Shown here one piece after another: positions 1 to 12,120 of a DNA stretch of 64,000 bases (the stretch's first letter is position 1; every line of letters begins with the position of its first letter). The stretch spans positions 992,001 through 1,056,000 of the forward strand of contig ML978125.1 in assembly GCA_010015805.1 (NCBI GenBank), given 5' to 3'. This DNA is from Rhizodiscina lignyota (lineage: Eukaryota). The notes beneath the pieces are model-generated. The model ran no database searches. It was not told the DNA's origin and saw only the letters and a list, made by a program, of their open reading frames with translations. The translations under genes and the position numbers were made by a program.

Positions 1-454
1 ATACAGCGCTTCGACGTCCAAATTGACTCGAATCGCATCCCGGTGACTGGAGTTTCGATCGTCGAAAAGCTCTGCTCGCCGAGCATTCCAATATATGGAG
101 ATCCCCCTTAGCATGGGGTCATGCCCGGACCCAAATTCCAGGTATCCACCTGCAGGGCGGCGGCGTCTGCAATGTATCTCTATTGACGCCGTGGCTATCA
201 TCCGTCGTCACAAGTGCCAAATCAGTATCAACTTCTAATATTCCGACATCCACGATATTTCCTAGCGCATTATTGTCCATATCACCGCAATTGACGAGCA
301 CGCTAACAACCTCGTGGGTACTAGATCAAGCATCATCTGATCCGCCTGGCGTTCATTCCCGCCACGGGACGGATCGAAATGGATCATTATGATTTTCATA
401 AGTGCGATCTTTCGGCCATCTTCTGACATGCTTGCTTTTTGCCAGGTGTTCACA

Positions 455-1753
455 CTATTTCAGCCCCAGACGGTGGGACCATCCTTCCTGAATTGCTTCA
501 ATGACATCGTATCCGTAGCACCAATCTCTTATTCTCCGATCAGCAATTCCATATGCGTTTCCCTCAGCATAGAATCGGTCGACGTTCCTTTCCTCTTCAT
601 TTAAGCCATCACTGAGCAGTGACGCGTTTCTGGCCTCCCTCTGCAGGCCAGGGGGTAAGTGGAGAGTGTTACCCGCGTGCAAACTTGCTTCTCTTACGGC
701 TTCAACCCTGGCCTTTCTCACTTTCTCAAAAACTAACATTGCCTCGGCCAGGGAAGCTCTCGAACTGGATCTCAGCGAAAGACATTCGGCCAATGCAGCA
801 GCATCCTCAACCGCCATGGAAACACCCATTGAGAGGTAAAAGGCCATTGCATGTGCTGCATCTCCCATGAGAACGAATCTCCCTGTGGAAGACGCCCATC
901 TGCGTAGTGGCATGACCTGTTCCACTGGCCAATTTTGAACATTCGGCTGAGCCATTTCAATCAATGCTATCACACAAGGGTCCCACCCGTCAAAGAGGCG
1001 TAGAATCTTCGCTTTATACTCTTCTTGTGACCAGGTCTTTGTATCAACATCATCAGGATGTGACAAGACCATGTTGAGGAGCTCTGAGCTTTTCATCATG
1101 TACGTCATAACTGACAGACTATCGCCGACCCAGCAATTACAGTTGTGTTGAGACACGACCAGAGCCGTTCGTGGATCCGATCTGATTTGCGACACTGGAA
1201 CTCTTGCACGATAGGCTGCCCATCCAGCTTTTGTTAGATGAGTCTCAGAATTTCCAGCACAAAGTGATTCGCGAGCAGAAGAGTTTATTCCATCCACGGC
1301 GACAACGAGATCTGCTTGTAGACGATCGCCATTCGCAAGCACGATTCCACCACCATCAAAGTCGTATTTCACGACGCGGCAGCTAAGCTTGATGTCAACA
1401 CCCGCCTTCACAGCATGCTCGTGAAGGATCCGATGGATATCTGCACGATGGATCACAATGTAAGGCGCGCCGTATCGCGCTTCGAAGTTTGCGAAAGGGA
1501 CGCTTCCAATGATGTGGCCATTGACGTCCTGGCGAACATTAAATGCTGCCGGCAGTGCAGCTTTAGCGAGAATGTCTGGTCCGAGTCCCCACTTCCAAAA
1601 GTATTTCGTCGCATTTGGTGTCATTTGCACGCCAGCTCCTATCTCGGCCAGTTGCGACGCAGATTCGACAATGGTGATTTTGTGGCCGGCAATGGCGAGG
1701 CACAAAGCAGCTGACAATCCGCCAATGCCGGCACCGACGATGATGATTTCCAT
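455..1753 (-). CDS. FAD-dependent monooxygenase, salicylate hydroxylase-like (single exon, 432 aa)
   Basis: GAGIGG FAD-binding motif, EIGAGVQ, VDGINS (DG motif) and LMGDAAHAM (GD motif) typical of class A flavin monooxygenases. Confidence 0.92.
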   Translation of the reverse strand: MEIIIVGAGIGGLSAALCLAIAGHKITIVESASQLAEIGAGVQMTPNATKYFWKWGLGPDILAKAALPAAFNVRQDVNGHIIGSVPFANFEARYGAPYIVIHRADIHRILHEHAVKAGVDIKLSCRVVKYDFDGGGIVLANGDRLQADLVVAVDGINSSARESLCAGNSETHLTKAGWAAYRARVPVSQIRSDPRTALVVSQHNCNCWVGDSLSVMTYMMKSSELLNMVLSHPDDVDTKTWSQEEYKAKILRLFDGWDPCVIALIEMAQPNVQNWPVEQVMPLRRWASSTGRFVLMGDAAHAMAFYLSMGVSMAVEDAAALAECLSLRSSSRASLAEAMLVFEKVRKARVEAVREASLHAGNTLHLPPGLQREARNASLLSDGLNEEERNVDRFYAEGNAYGIADRRIRDWCYGYDVIEAIQEGWSHRLGLK

Positions 1754-2128
1754 CTCTTGAATCGGTCAAAAGGTGCTAGAGTTATGAGAGTCCCCCTATG
1801 AGGTTTGATTGAGAAAGAAGACCCAACTTTTGAACTGAAATTATCCATGAGCTTCATGAAGGTGTAGCTGAATGGGCAGGGGAGGTAAAGAATATAAATG
1901 CGAGTATCTCGGCACCAACGGGATTAAATAAGTTACGGGGCTGATCAACGATCGAAACAAGAAAGACTAGAATCAGTCTCACAGCATGACAGACTCGGTC
2001 GTCGAATGATGACTACAGGAATACTAAGTTTGCCCTTAGCAGTTCCGATGTTCTCAATGTGGTATTATGACCTCTGCTGTCAGCTCAACCCCGATATTTT
2101 CTAAATTCGGTATCGTTCAATATTGGGC

Positions 2129-2150
2129 CGGAATATATACACGGAATATA
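2129..2150. promoter_or_regulatory. Direct repeat of CGGAATATA, candidate Zn(II)2Cys6 factor site in the divergent monooxygenase/LCL3 promoter
   Basis: CGGAATATA at 2129-2137 and 2142-2150; CGG triplets are the usual zinc-cluster half sites. Confidence 0.3.
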
Positions 2151-2309
2151 GTGACAGAATACATAGCACTGTAAATGTAGAGTTTCGAGATAATCAAGGC
2201 TCCGTGAAGGCCTTTAAATAGCTAGCTTCATGTTGCACGGACCCCCGCCTTTCTCCATGCCACAAAATTCGCGCTGTTACTCACTCCTTCGTGCGCCTCT
2301 TTACGCACA

Positions 2310-3221
2310 ATGAGATGGCCATGGTCCCATCAAAACCCGAACCAGCCACTCGATCCAGATGAAGAGGCCAACCGCAAACCCGTCCGCTGGACGGATTCGC
2401 TAAACAAGACTGACTGGAAGCAGTACCTTGAAGTCCGCAACCTAGTACCCACTATTGTCTTCACGGTCACCACCGTCTTCTCCATCCACGTCTACAAACG
2501 CTATCTGCGGCGTATTCCGTCGAGCGAGTACATCAAGCCGAGTTTCTTCAGAAGGAGGAGCCTTTTGGGCACCGTGACGAGCGTGGGAGATGGCGACAAT
2601 TTTAGGTTGTTCCACACACCTGGAGGACGGATCGCGGGATGGGGCTGGTTGCCATGGAGAAGGGTTCCAACGAAGAGGGAAGACTTGAAGGAAAAGACTG
2701 TAAGAACTTTGGACATGCAAGCTTGATAGAAGGATACTAATCGGTGTCTATAGGTTCATGTCCGTATCGCAGGGATAGACGCTCCAGAGCTTGCTCACTT
2801 TGGCCGCCCTGCTCAGCCATTTGGCGAGGAAGCTCTTCAATGGCTCACAAAGTACATACTACACCGTCGAGTGCGAGCATACATATACCGTCGAGATCAA
2901 TACGACCGCGTTGTTGCAACAGTATTCGTCCGACAAGGGCTATTCCGACGAGATGTTGGGTTGCAGATGCTACGTAATGGGCTAGCTACGGTGTACGAGG
3001 CCAAGTTTGGATCAGAGTTTGGGAAGTCCGAGAAGAAATACCGCGAGGCGGAGGCGGCGGCGAAGCAGAACAGAGTGGGAATGTGGGCCACGCCTGGATT
3101 CCTATCTCGGTTGCTAAAGGGCGGCAGTGCGACGCCTGAGAGTCCAAGGGCATTCAAGACCCGTATGACAGCCAAAGAGAAGGCAGGTGCTGACCAGAAG
3201 CCGGCTGAAGGGCGGAAATAA
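2310..3221 (+). CDS. LCL3: Staphylococcal-nuclease-family endonuclease LCL3 (2 exons; intron 2700-2753)
   Basis: [18 protein letters not shown], and after splicing [36 protein letters not shown]-terminal hydrophobic segment; GTAAGA..ACTAAT..TAG intron. Confidence 0.92.
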
Positions 3222-3672
3222 GTACGCCTGAAAGATTTTGAGAGCCAAATAACGATTGATACCCACTGATTGAATAACTATTCGTCTCTTCATGCATGAT
3301 GATTCTGTTTGCGAGCACTTGTATGAAGACAGGCTACAATGCTATTGTAAATATTCTGCACTGCGTACGTTCCCTATCTACAGGAGCTACGCGCAGCTCC
3401 TGTGGCGTTGAGCCAATGGCATCTTGTAATAGGATGGACTGCATTGGTGAGGTGACAGCCCGATCGCCCCGCAAGCTCGCAGGAGCAACCCCTGCTGCCG
3501 ATGACGAGCAAAAAAAAGTTTTGGAAAATTTCGATCCACGCGGAAGGAAAATTCATGTATCAATTCAAGCGTTACCTTCGCTGAATCTCGTGTGTATGAT
3601 CAATCCAGCTACAACTGGAATCTCCATTTTCTTTCATCCAAGCAGGGCAACGGGATGAGGAGGGCAATTGAC

Positions 3673-3679
3673 TGAGTCA
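3673..3679. promoter_or_regulatory. Gcn4/CpcA (cross-pathway control) site TGAGTCA upstream of CPA2; second site TGACTCA at 4243-4249 in intron 1
   Basis: Exact consensus about 160 bp before the ATG at 3838; arginine biosynthesis genes are established Gcn4/CpcA targets. Confidence 0.6.
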
Positions 3680-3837
3680 CTTCCATTGTCGTATCTCATC
3701 GCTGCTATCGCGTGCGAGCCACCCATCACCTGCAGCTTCCACCAAAAAGCACACCGCGCGCGGCGCAACCTCTATTATCCCAAGGCCTACGAGGCTCCAA
3801 ACTTTCTATCCTCTCATTACAGCTCTGTGAGGCTTCA

Positions 3838-6800
3838 ATGGCGTCAATTGCACGCTATTCGCGTCGCATTGGTTCCTCGTCATGCTGGAAATCGCCCGCC
3901 TCCTCGCCCTCTCTCACCGCTCGATGCTTTACCTCCAACTCGACCATCACCGCCCGTCCTCTTGCACATCGCAGTTTAGCGAAAGCAATCTCTCAGCATA
4001 GCCGAAATCTCTCGAAGTTTGCTCCTCGAAGTGCGGCAATCCAGACACAAGAAGCACCAAATGCACAAGCATATCTGAATAGTGGAGCAATTGCGGGTGC
4101 TCGAGATTTGGTTGATGTCAAAAAGGTGCTTGTCATTGGTAGTGGAGGTCTCAGTATTGGCCAGGCAGGCGAATTTGATTACTCTGGTGAGTTTGTCTCT
4201 TTGAGTTTGCAAATGGTGAACGGATGACACCTGTTGCTGCTATGACTCAGTGTCTTGGAGTATACTATGGAGCAAATCGAACGGTGTTAACATGCCATAT
4301 TGCAGGATCACAAGCTCTGAAAGCATTGAAAGAGGCTGGAGTCCAATCCGTGCTTATCAACCCCAACATCGCGACCATCCAGACAGCGCACGTGCTCGCC
4401 GATGAAGTTTACTACCTACCTGTCACACCAGAATATGTCACATACGTTATCGAGAGGGAGCAACCAGATGGCATCTTCCTCAGCTTCGGTGGACAGACCG
4501 CACTCAACCTCGGCGTGCGAATGGAGAAGATGGGCATATTCGAGCGGTATGGAGTCAAAGTGCTTGGCACCAGCATCCGGACACTGGAAGTCAGCGAGGA
4601 CCGGGACCTGTTCGCTAAAGCGCTCAAGGAGATAAACATCCCAATCGCTGAGTCCATTGCGGTTGGCACGGTCGAAGAGGCTCTCGATGCTGCGGAGAAA
4701 GTTGGATATCCCATCATCGTCCGAGCTGCTTATGCACTGGGTGGTCTCGGCTCTGGATTTGCGAATAATCCTGAAGAGCTTCGAGATCTGTCTGCCAGGT
4801 CTCTGACTCTGTCACCTCAAATCTTGGTCGAGAAATCCCTCAAGGGCTGGAAGGAAGCGGAGTACGAGGTTGTTCGCGATGCGAGCGACAACTGTATTAC
4901 CGTCTGCAACATGGAAAACTTTGACCCTCTTGGTGTGCATACTGGCGATAGTATAGTCGTGTCACCGAGCCAAACATTCAGCGACGAGGAATACCACATG
5001 CTTCGGTCAGCATCCATCAAGATTGTGCGACACTTGGGCGTCGTCGGAGAGTGCAATGTACAGTACGCACTACAACCTGATGGCCTCGACTACCGTGTTA
5101 TCGAAGTTAATGCGCGTCTCTCTCGGTCCTCTGCTCTCGCCTCGAAAGCTACTGGATACCCTCTAGCTTATACAGCTGCCAAAATCGGATTGGGACACAC
5201 GCTACCGGAGCTACCGAACGCTGTAACAAAGACTACAACAGCAAACTTCGAACCGAGTCTGGACTACATTGTCACAAAGATGCCTCGTTGGGATCTGAGC
5301 AAATTTCAAAACGTCAAGCGCGATATCGGCAGTTCCATGAAGTCCGTTGGCGAGGTGATGGCTATTGGTAGGACTTTCGAGGAGTCGTTCCAGAAGGCAT
5401 GCAGACAGGTGGATCCCAAGTTCTTGGGCTTCCAGGGCGACAAGTTCGAGGACCTCGACGACGTTTTGAAGAATCCAACCGATCGTCGCTGGTTAGCTGT
5501 CGGTCAAGCCATGTACCATGAAGGCTATTCTGTCGACAAGGTGCACGACTTGACTAAGATTGACAAGTGGTTCTTGTACAAGCTCCAAAACATCGTGGAC
5601 TGCACAAAAGAGCTGCAGAAAATCGGAAGCCTGTTCGGTCTCAAGAAAGAGCTCATGACAAAGGCGAAGAAGCTTGGCTTCTCTGACAAGCAAATCGCAC
5701 GTGCTGTCAATAGCACGGAGGACGAGGTGCGAGCTCGCAGAAAGGGCTTTGGCATCCGGCCATGGGTCAAGAAGATTGATACGCTTGCTGCGGAGTTTCC
5801 CGCTGATACCAACTACCTCTACACGACCTACAACGCCAGTTCTCACGACGTTACCTTCAATGATCACGGTGTCCTTGTCCTCGGTAGCGGTGTCTACAGG
5901 ATTGGAAGCTCAGTCGAGTTCGATTGGTGTGCCGTCAATGCTACCCTATCCCTGAACAAACTTGGAAAGAAGACAGTCATGATTAATGTGAGTTATATAT
6001 CTTCTCCTTCTCGCTTACGAAAAAAGCCGCCTTCGCCAGTCCGACAGAAGGGAGCGAGAGCCGAGCTTTCCAAGGCTCTAGCGGTATGAGCTGCCGGGCT
6101 GCTTGATGTCTTGATATTACTGTACAGCTTCTATTCGAAGTCGTACATGTCAAATACATTCCGAAGCATAGCAAATTCACGCTCCAGAGATGCTCTCGCT
6201 AGTCCGGGCTATGACTTCGATTGAAGGCAATCCTACCACGTTTGGGCTTTCATATTCTTACTACTCATTTACAAGATATGTGCTAACTTCCTTCCGGTAT
6301 AATCCCGAGACCTACAGCACTGATTTCGACGTTGCGGACAAACTATACTTTGAGGAGCTTAGCTACGAACGCGTCATGGATATCTACGAGTTGGAGACTG
6401 CCAGTGGCGTTGTCGTGTCCGTTGGAGGCCAGCTTCCTCAAAATATCGCTTTGAAGCTGCAAGAAACGGGCAAAGCAAAGGTCTTAGGAACCGACCCGAA
6501 TGATATCGACAAGGCAGAAGATCGTCACAAATTCTCACAAATTCTCGATTCAATTGGCGTCGACCAGCCGCAGTGGAAAGAACTTACGTCTGTCGCAGAA
6601 GCTAAGAAGTTTGCCGAAGATGTCGGCTTTCCCGTGCTTGTCCGACCCAGTTACGTCCTGTCTGGAGCTGCTATGACTGTCATTCGAACGGAAGAAGAAC
6701 TACAAGAGAAGCTCGAAGCTGCAAGCAATGTATCGCCCGATCATCCTGTGGTCATCACCAAGTACATTGAAGGCGCACAAGAAATTGATGTCGACGCAGT

Positions 6801-7838
6801 CGCGTACAACGGCAAGCTCCTCGTTCACGCAGTGAGTGAGCACATAGAGGATGCTGGCGTGCATTCCGGCGATGCTACGTTGGTCCTACCTCCAGTCAAC
6901 CTCGACCAGCGAATTATCGAGCGCGTGAAAGAGATCGCCGAGAAGGTGGCCAAGGCATGGAGCATTACCGGCCCATTCAACATGCAGATCATCAAAGCGG
7001 ACAACCCCGATGGCGGCGAGCCAGCCCTGAAGGCCATCGAATGCAACCTCCGCGCATCCCGCTCGTTCCCCTTCGTCAGCAAAGTCCTGGGTACGAACTT
7101 CATAGACGTCGCAACACGCGCTCTCGTCGGCCGTGACGTTCCCGAACCGGTTGATCTCATGTCCGTCAAGCGAGACTATCTCGCCACCAAGGTTCCACAA
7201 TTCTCATGGACGCGTCTTGCAGGCGCAGACCCATATCTCGGCGTTGAGATGGCCAGCACGGGTGAGATGGCATGCTTTGGTAAGGACCTTGTCGAAGCGT
7301 ATTGGGCATCGATGCAGTCGACGATGAACTTCCGTCTGCCGCAACCGGGTGAGGGCCTCCTCTTCGGCGGCGACATCTCGAAGCTAGAACTCGCAAAGAT
7401 TGTAGACTACCTCAACCCACTCGGATATAAGCTGTATGCAGCGAACAACGAGGTAAAGAAGCACCTCGAGCAGTCGTCGAAGGACGGTAGCGTGAGTGTC
7501 GAGGTCATCGAATTCCCGAAGGAAGACAAGAGGGCGCTCAGGGAAGTGTTTAAGAAGTACGATATTCGCGGTGTGTTTAATCTGGCGAAGGCGAGGGCGT
7601 CGTCGCTTGTGGATGAAGACTATGTCATGAGGAGGAACGCGGTTGACTTCGGGGTGCCTCTGTTTATGGAGCCAAAGGTTAGTGGATACCTCTACGAAGA
7701 TTTGATGGAGAATCTAACGTATATCTGCAGACGGCCGAACTTTTCGCACGGTGTATGAGTGAGAAGCTACCTCGCAAGGAGGGTATTCCAAGCGAGGTCA
7801 AGCGGTGGAGTGAATTCATTGGTGGAAAGCCGCTGTAA
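3838..7838 (+). CDS. CPA2: Arginine-specific carbamoyl-phosphate synthetase large chain, mitochondrial (exons 3838-4186, 4306-5987, 6298-7677, 7731-7838)
   Basis: [85 protein letters not shown]-terminal MGS-like domain; Arg/Ser-rich presequence; intron 2 ends in GG (see findings). Confidence 0.95.
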
Positions 7839-10124
7839 ATTTTCGAGAGGCGTATGATTACCGGGCCTTAGCAATACCAGGGGGCAACGTCTTGAGATAT
7901 TGGAGTTTAGGGAATATCAAAAGTGTTGCAGCGATCATCTAGTCATAAATGGCGACCCAGGCTCGCATTTTCTGGCGTCAGAGGCGATTTGGTTGCTTGC
8001 AAAAGCGCCTACACCAAGTTCAGGCTAGATTTTAGAGCCTGAGGTATCTCCGTTCTCTCCATAGTCTTCGACGCAAGATAATGCAAGCAGTAAGCTAAAT
8101 CAGCAGAGCCAATTATAATCCCAGTTCACATGGTGTCAGGAGCGGGTGTGTGAGCACATGAAATCCGATGCACGAGCAGCTCATTGTGAAGTCATCGCAT
8201 ATGCTCTTTCTCATGATCTTGTATTCGTTGGAACTGTAGAGATGACGCATAGAACCAAACACCCATAGATCTTAGTGGGTTGGGCGCTGGACTAGAGGTG
8301 TATCAGCAAAGCCGCTCTCACAACTTTTTGTCGAACCATCTTATGGATTCTAATGAAATTTATTGGGCGGCCGGGGTTAGCGTTGCTATCCGTTCTGACA
8401 CGTTAGAAGGTTCACTGATAGGAATGGCATATGTTGGTGAATATCATATAGTGCTTGAATAATTTGAAGAGACGCCAAATTGAATATTGACCTTGCAGAG
8501 CCGCCGAGAGCGAGAAAGCGAAGAACAACGGACTCAGTGTGATGGAGGGTAGCTGCTTCCCATGTCCCATGCCTGACAACGCAGAAGCCAGCAACGCTGC
8601 ACGCCAAATATCTTCCAGTAGGTGTGTAGACTCGTACACCCTCCGACACTGCGTCTTTATGCTTTGCAGAGCCTCATATCCAAATTGAAAAGAGCGTGAC
8701 TCACGACCTTCCTGATTCCTTTGCCTCCCTTGAAAGTGCGATCAAACGGCCAAGCCATTGTGGAGTCAAGAGGTTCCCAGCACGAATCCGAAGCACTTGC
8801 AAACCCGTCACTTGCGCTCAATACCACCATGACGCGTTGGCACCTGATCTCTATCGCTCTGTCGTGCATAATTTGCCTTGCTGCCTGCGTGGCATCAGCA
8901 GAGGAAAGCCGCCGAAAGGAGGTTGACCGGTTTGTAACACCATGCTCGCGTGCCGTCCCGTTCCGTTGGATGTTCTGCAGAGCACCAACGCTCCTGCAGG
9001 CTAGCAAATGAGAGAAGCGAGAACAGTACCCTGCCACGGCCAAGAGAGCCCTGGATATCGTCTCTGATTGAGTTAACGAACTTAGGCTCCAGTATCAGCC
9101 GCTTTCATGAGAAATACCGCTCGTGGGTAGAATGCTAACGTCCAATTGCAATAGAACAAGTCAGTAGGTCTTTCTGGAGAACGATCTTCTCTTGTGGAGT
9201 TTGTATGGCCACCCTGTCGCTAGTCGATGTCCTGCAGGATTAATGCCCATCCTCCCATGCTTAAGGACAGCGCCATTGGCAAATACGACTGTGGATGCCT
9301 CGCTGGCTCTCAGGCAGACACGCTATGTGTTGCAGTCTAAAATTCATTCTCTGAATTGCATTAGGTTGTTGACCTGGGGGCCTGATTACCATGGCCCTGT
9401 ACGGAGTAGGTGAGACGTGAAATAGAACGATCTGGTTTCGGCAAATGATGTTTTGTAACTTTTTGTTCATCGTGAACAGCGGTTGTTATGAGAATAATGC
9501 GGAAGAGCTTTTTATAGGGCGTTTTCCGGGGCAACTATGTTATATAATTGAAAGAATAGAGATTGAATAGATGAGAGCTGTTGATTGGACAGCATGGAGC
9601 TATTCGTAAGAAGTACCTAATTAAAAAGAGATAGTTGTGGGGAGTTAAGTGCCCCTTTTTGAGCTCGAGCCGCAAAGAGCGCCCTCAAGTGCTTCTAATA
9701 AGACTGACGAATATTCAATGCATAGGGTCATAAGTAATGAAAAATTGAAACACTGACCTCGATAACTATACTTCTTTCATCTCCATCGTTTTGTATGTCT
9801 AGGAGGGCTACGTCGTCAATCACCGCTGCTTGCCATTGGCCCAGCATATCTACTTTCAATGCAGCCTGCCTGACCTGCAGCTTCGACATCCCTGGAGCTG
9901 ATCCCGTCTTCAACGACATCGCCCATCGCCCCAATGTCAACTCTCCGGAGAAGTGGCATGACACAAGCGGAGACCGTCATCTGTGGAGCCTCCTCGATGA
10001 AGATGATGGCAGCCTATAAAAATGTGGAAGCTGGACCATTGCGCATCCGCGACAGATACCTTTCTGGACCCCCAGATTACAACGAACAACATCACCTATT
10101 TTGCTCATGAATGCACTGTGCACC

Positions 10125-11080
10125 ATGGCAACCACGGCCGATTCACCTTCCACTACTGCAGCAGAAGAGGGTAGACCGGATAAAATATTAAAGGGCTATC
10201 AGTGGCTTGCACGATATATGTGCACACTCGACCACAGTGCCTGCTTCAGGAAGTTCGAGGAGCTCTTTTGTCAAGCCCTCTTTGACTGCCAAGAGGAGTT
10301 GATAGGCCTCGAAAACAGATTTCATCGAAGGCAGGCGGCCAATCAGGAGAATGGTAGTGGTGTAAGGATCCAAGTAACCTCAGGGAGTGTTGCTGCTAAA
10401 GGTACTCGAGACCAACGACGGCCAGAGAGACCGGAAAGCTTTTTCCGAGCTGGAGATAAAGAAGCTCACAGAATACGGTAAGAGCGTTCTCAGTATATCA
10501 TGGAGACCTGACCGCTGACAAGTCTTGAGCTTCCATGGTTGTACTTTTCTCCACGCTTCAGAGCCTCCCTAAGCCCAACGGGTATGACCTGTCTCGTCTC
10601 CAGGACGGCTTGGATAACGAAAAGCTGAAGTGGGTGAACGGGAATATCTGGGGGACCAAAGAGAACAGAGAGCAAGTTGCGTCCGACCTTGCTTGCACAA
10701 AGAGACGAACCTTCCAAGGCCCAGTTACGAGAGTGTTGTGTGAAAAAGTTATTCCGTTTATCGTTCAATGGTGTGGATTGGTGGCGACGAAGGTGGACGA
10801 TAGCCTCGGTATTGTGACCACCGAAGACGAAGCAGCTAACACTTTCACATATGTGCTGTCCGCTGTGGTTGCAAGTCTACTCCAATACCTCCCCGTTGTC
10901 ATTTTATATTGCATTGGTTCGATGGGCAAACGCATAGCTGTCCTCGGAGTTTTTACTGTCGTATTTACGTTCGCTGTAGCCGTATTTACTTCGGCAAGTC
11001 CTACAGAGATTTTTGCTGTTACGGCTGCATTTTTAGCAGTGCAGGTAATCTTCGTTGGTCAAAATTGTCCTGTTGCATGA
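10125..11080 (+). CDS. DUF6594-like protein with about 3 C-terminal TM helices, possibly degenerating
   Basis: GYQWLARYM..FRKFEELFCQALFDCQEELIGLE, KKLTEY, C-terminal SMGKRIAVLGVFTVVFTFAVAVFTSASPTEIFAVTAAFLAVQVIFV; TATAAA at about 10015; joining needs a 40-nt intron (10362-10401) or a frameshift, plus a GAG acceptor at 10529. Confidence 0.7.
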
Positions 11081-11123
11081 TCGATCTGGGATGGTCTTCT
11101 TTTGTCAGGTGGGACGTCGCTCG

Positions 11124-11976
11124 CTAGGCGATCAGTATGGAGGACAGCGTAGTCGCGAGGGCAGTCAATGTAAGCCATCTCCCTTCTCGAATCCAAGATG
11201 AATTGTTGACAGTTCGTCGCAGCGCTTTATATCGCATGTCGAATAAATTTTTGGTTTCTAACCGAGTTCCCTCCGATGTTGTCGACGTCGTGATGTATTT
11301 CTGGAGGCTGGCGTTCAACGATCCTAGGCGGGTCCACCCGTTACGATAGGGCGGTACTTCGCAGACAACAACCCCCCTAGTGCTACAGACCGTCTCTTCA
11401 GATCCACACCCAGCCTCCTTTATGATGAGGGCGAGTGCAACAGCAACCTCAGATTGGCTGATTATGCCGATAGGTCCGCCTCTGGTTGAAAAACCTGCAG
11501 CCTGCAGCCCAATAGGCGAACCCTCAGTAGCTGTCCAGAGAGACGAACCGTGCATACGGAGTAACCCTAGGTCCTTCCAGTCGACAGCAGTTCCTTCTTG
11601 AAACCTTCTACATGCTTGACCTACCGCGCGGTACCTCAGATCTCTTGACTTGATGAAACGCGCGGTCTATTTGCGGGAGTGCTGGGCGCCAGGATGTAAA
11701 CCTGACCGACCCCCCAAGTGATATCTTACCATACCATTTTGGATGCGGAGTGGAGGCATCTACGCCCGGTGCACAGACGAGCGACTGTCTGGCTGAGAGC
11801 CCTCATTTGCTCGGCCATTTCCCTGCTGCGGCTCTTAGAGGCTAGCCTATTTCATTTGGTAGCGAAGACCTGTCTCTGCTTGATAGAACAGCCTCTTACC
11901 TTCTTGTTCTGATAGATATCTTCTGGGTGGCATTCTCACTACGCCTCATTTTGCCTTTTGTTATGTTCGAGCATCA
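11124..11976 (-). pseudogene. Probable decayed 3-exon gene of unknown function
   Basis: Two GTAAGA..ATAG introns (about 11847-11899 and 11667-11729), both phase 0 in one continuous frame that leads into the stop-free stretch ending at 11124; in-frame TAG/TGA/TAA in the first two exons. Confidence 0.35.
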
Positions 11977-12120
11977 TTAAATGTGACTTTACTCTCGTTC
12001 CATCTGCGTACGAATCGTGCGTTTTGTTGTGATGTTTCATCGCTGCAAAGGCACACCGCTTTCATCCCACACTTCTCCCTCATAGATTGCCCTGAGAAGG
12101 TGCTGGTACACACTCTCTCC

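Noticed and set aside
1..453. Short ORFs at the window start
   Set aside because: No recognisable motif or consistent exon structure; cannot be called without upstream sequence
3296..3837. Possible arginine attenuator peptide uORF before CPA2
   Set aside because: The AAP belongs to the small-subunit gene (CPA1/arg-2), and no AAP-like peptide is visible here
6079..6090. TAG-CG-GTATGA inside CPA2 intron 2 as a microexon or stwintron junction
   Set aside because: No branch point before the TAG, a 2-nt exon would shift the frame, and no excision order I tried rebuilds an AG at 6296-6297
7900..10000. Overlapping 60-128 aa ORFs downstream of CPA2
   Set aside because: No domain motifs, present on both strands; look like chance ORFs
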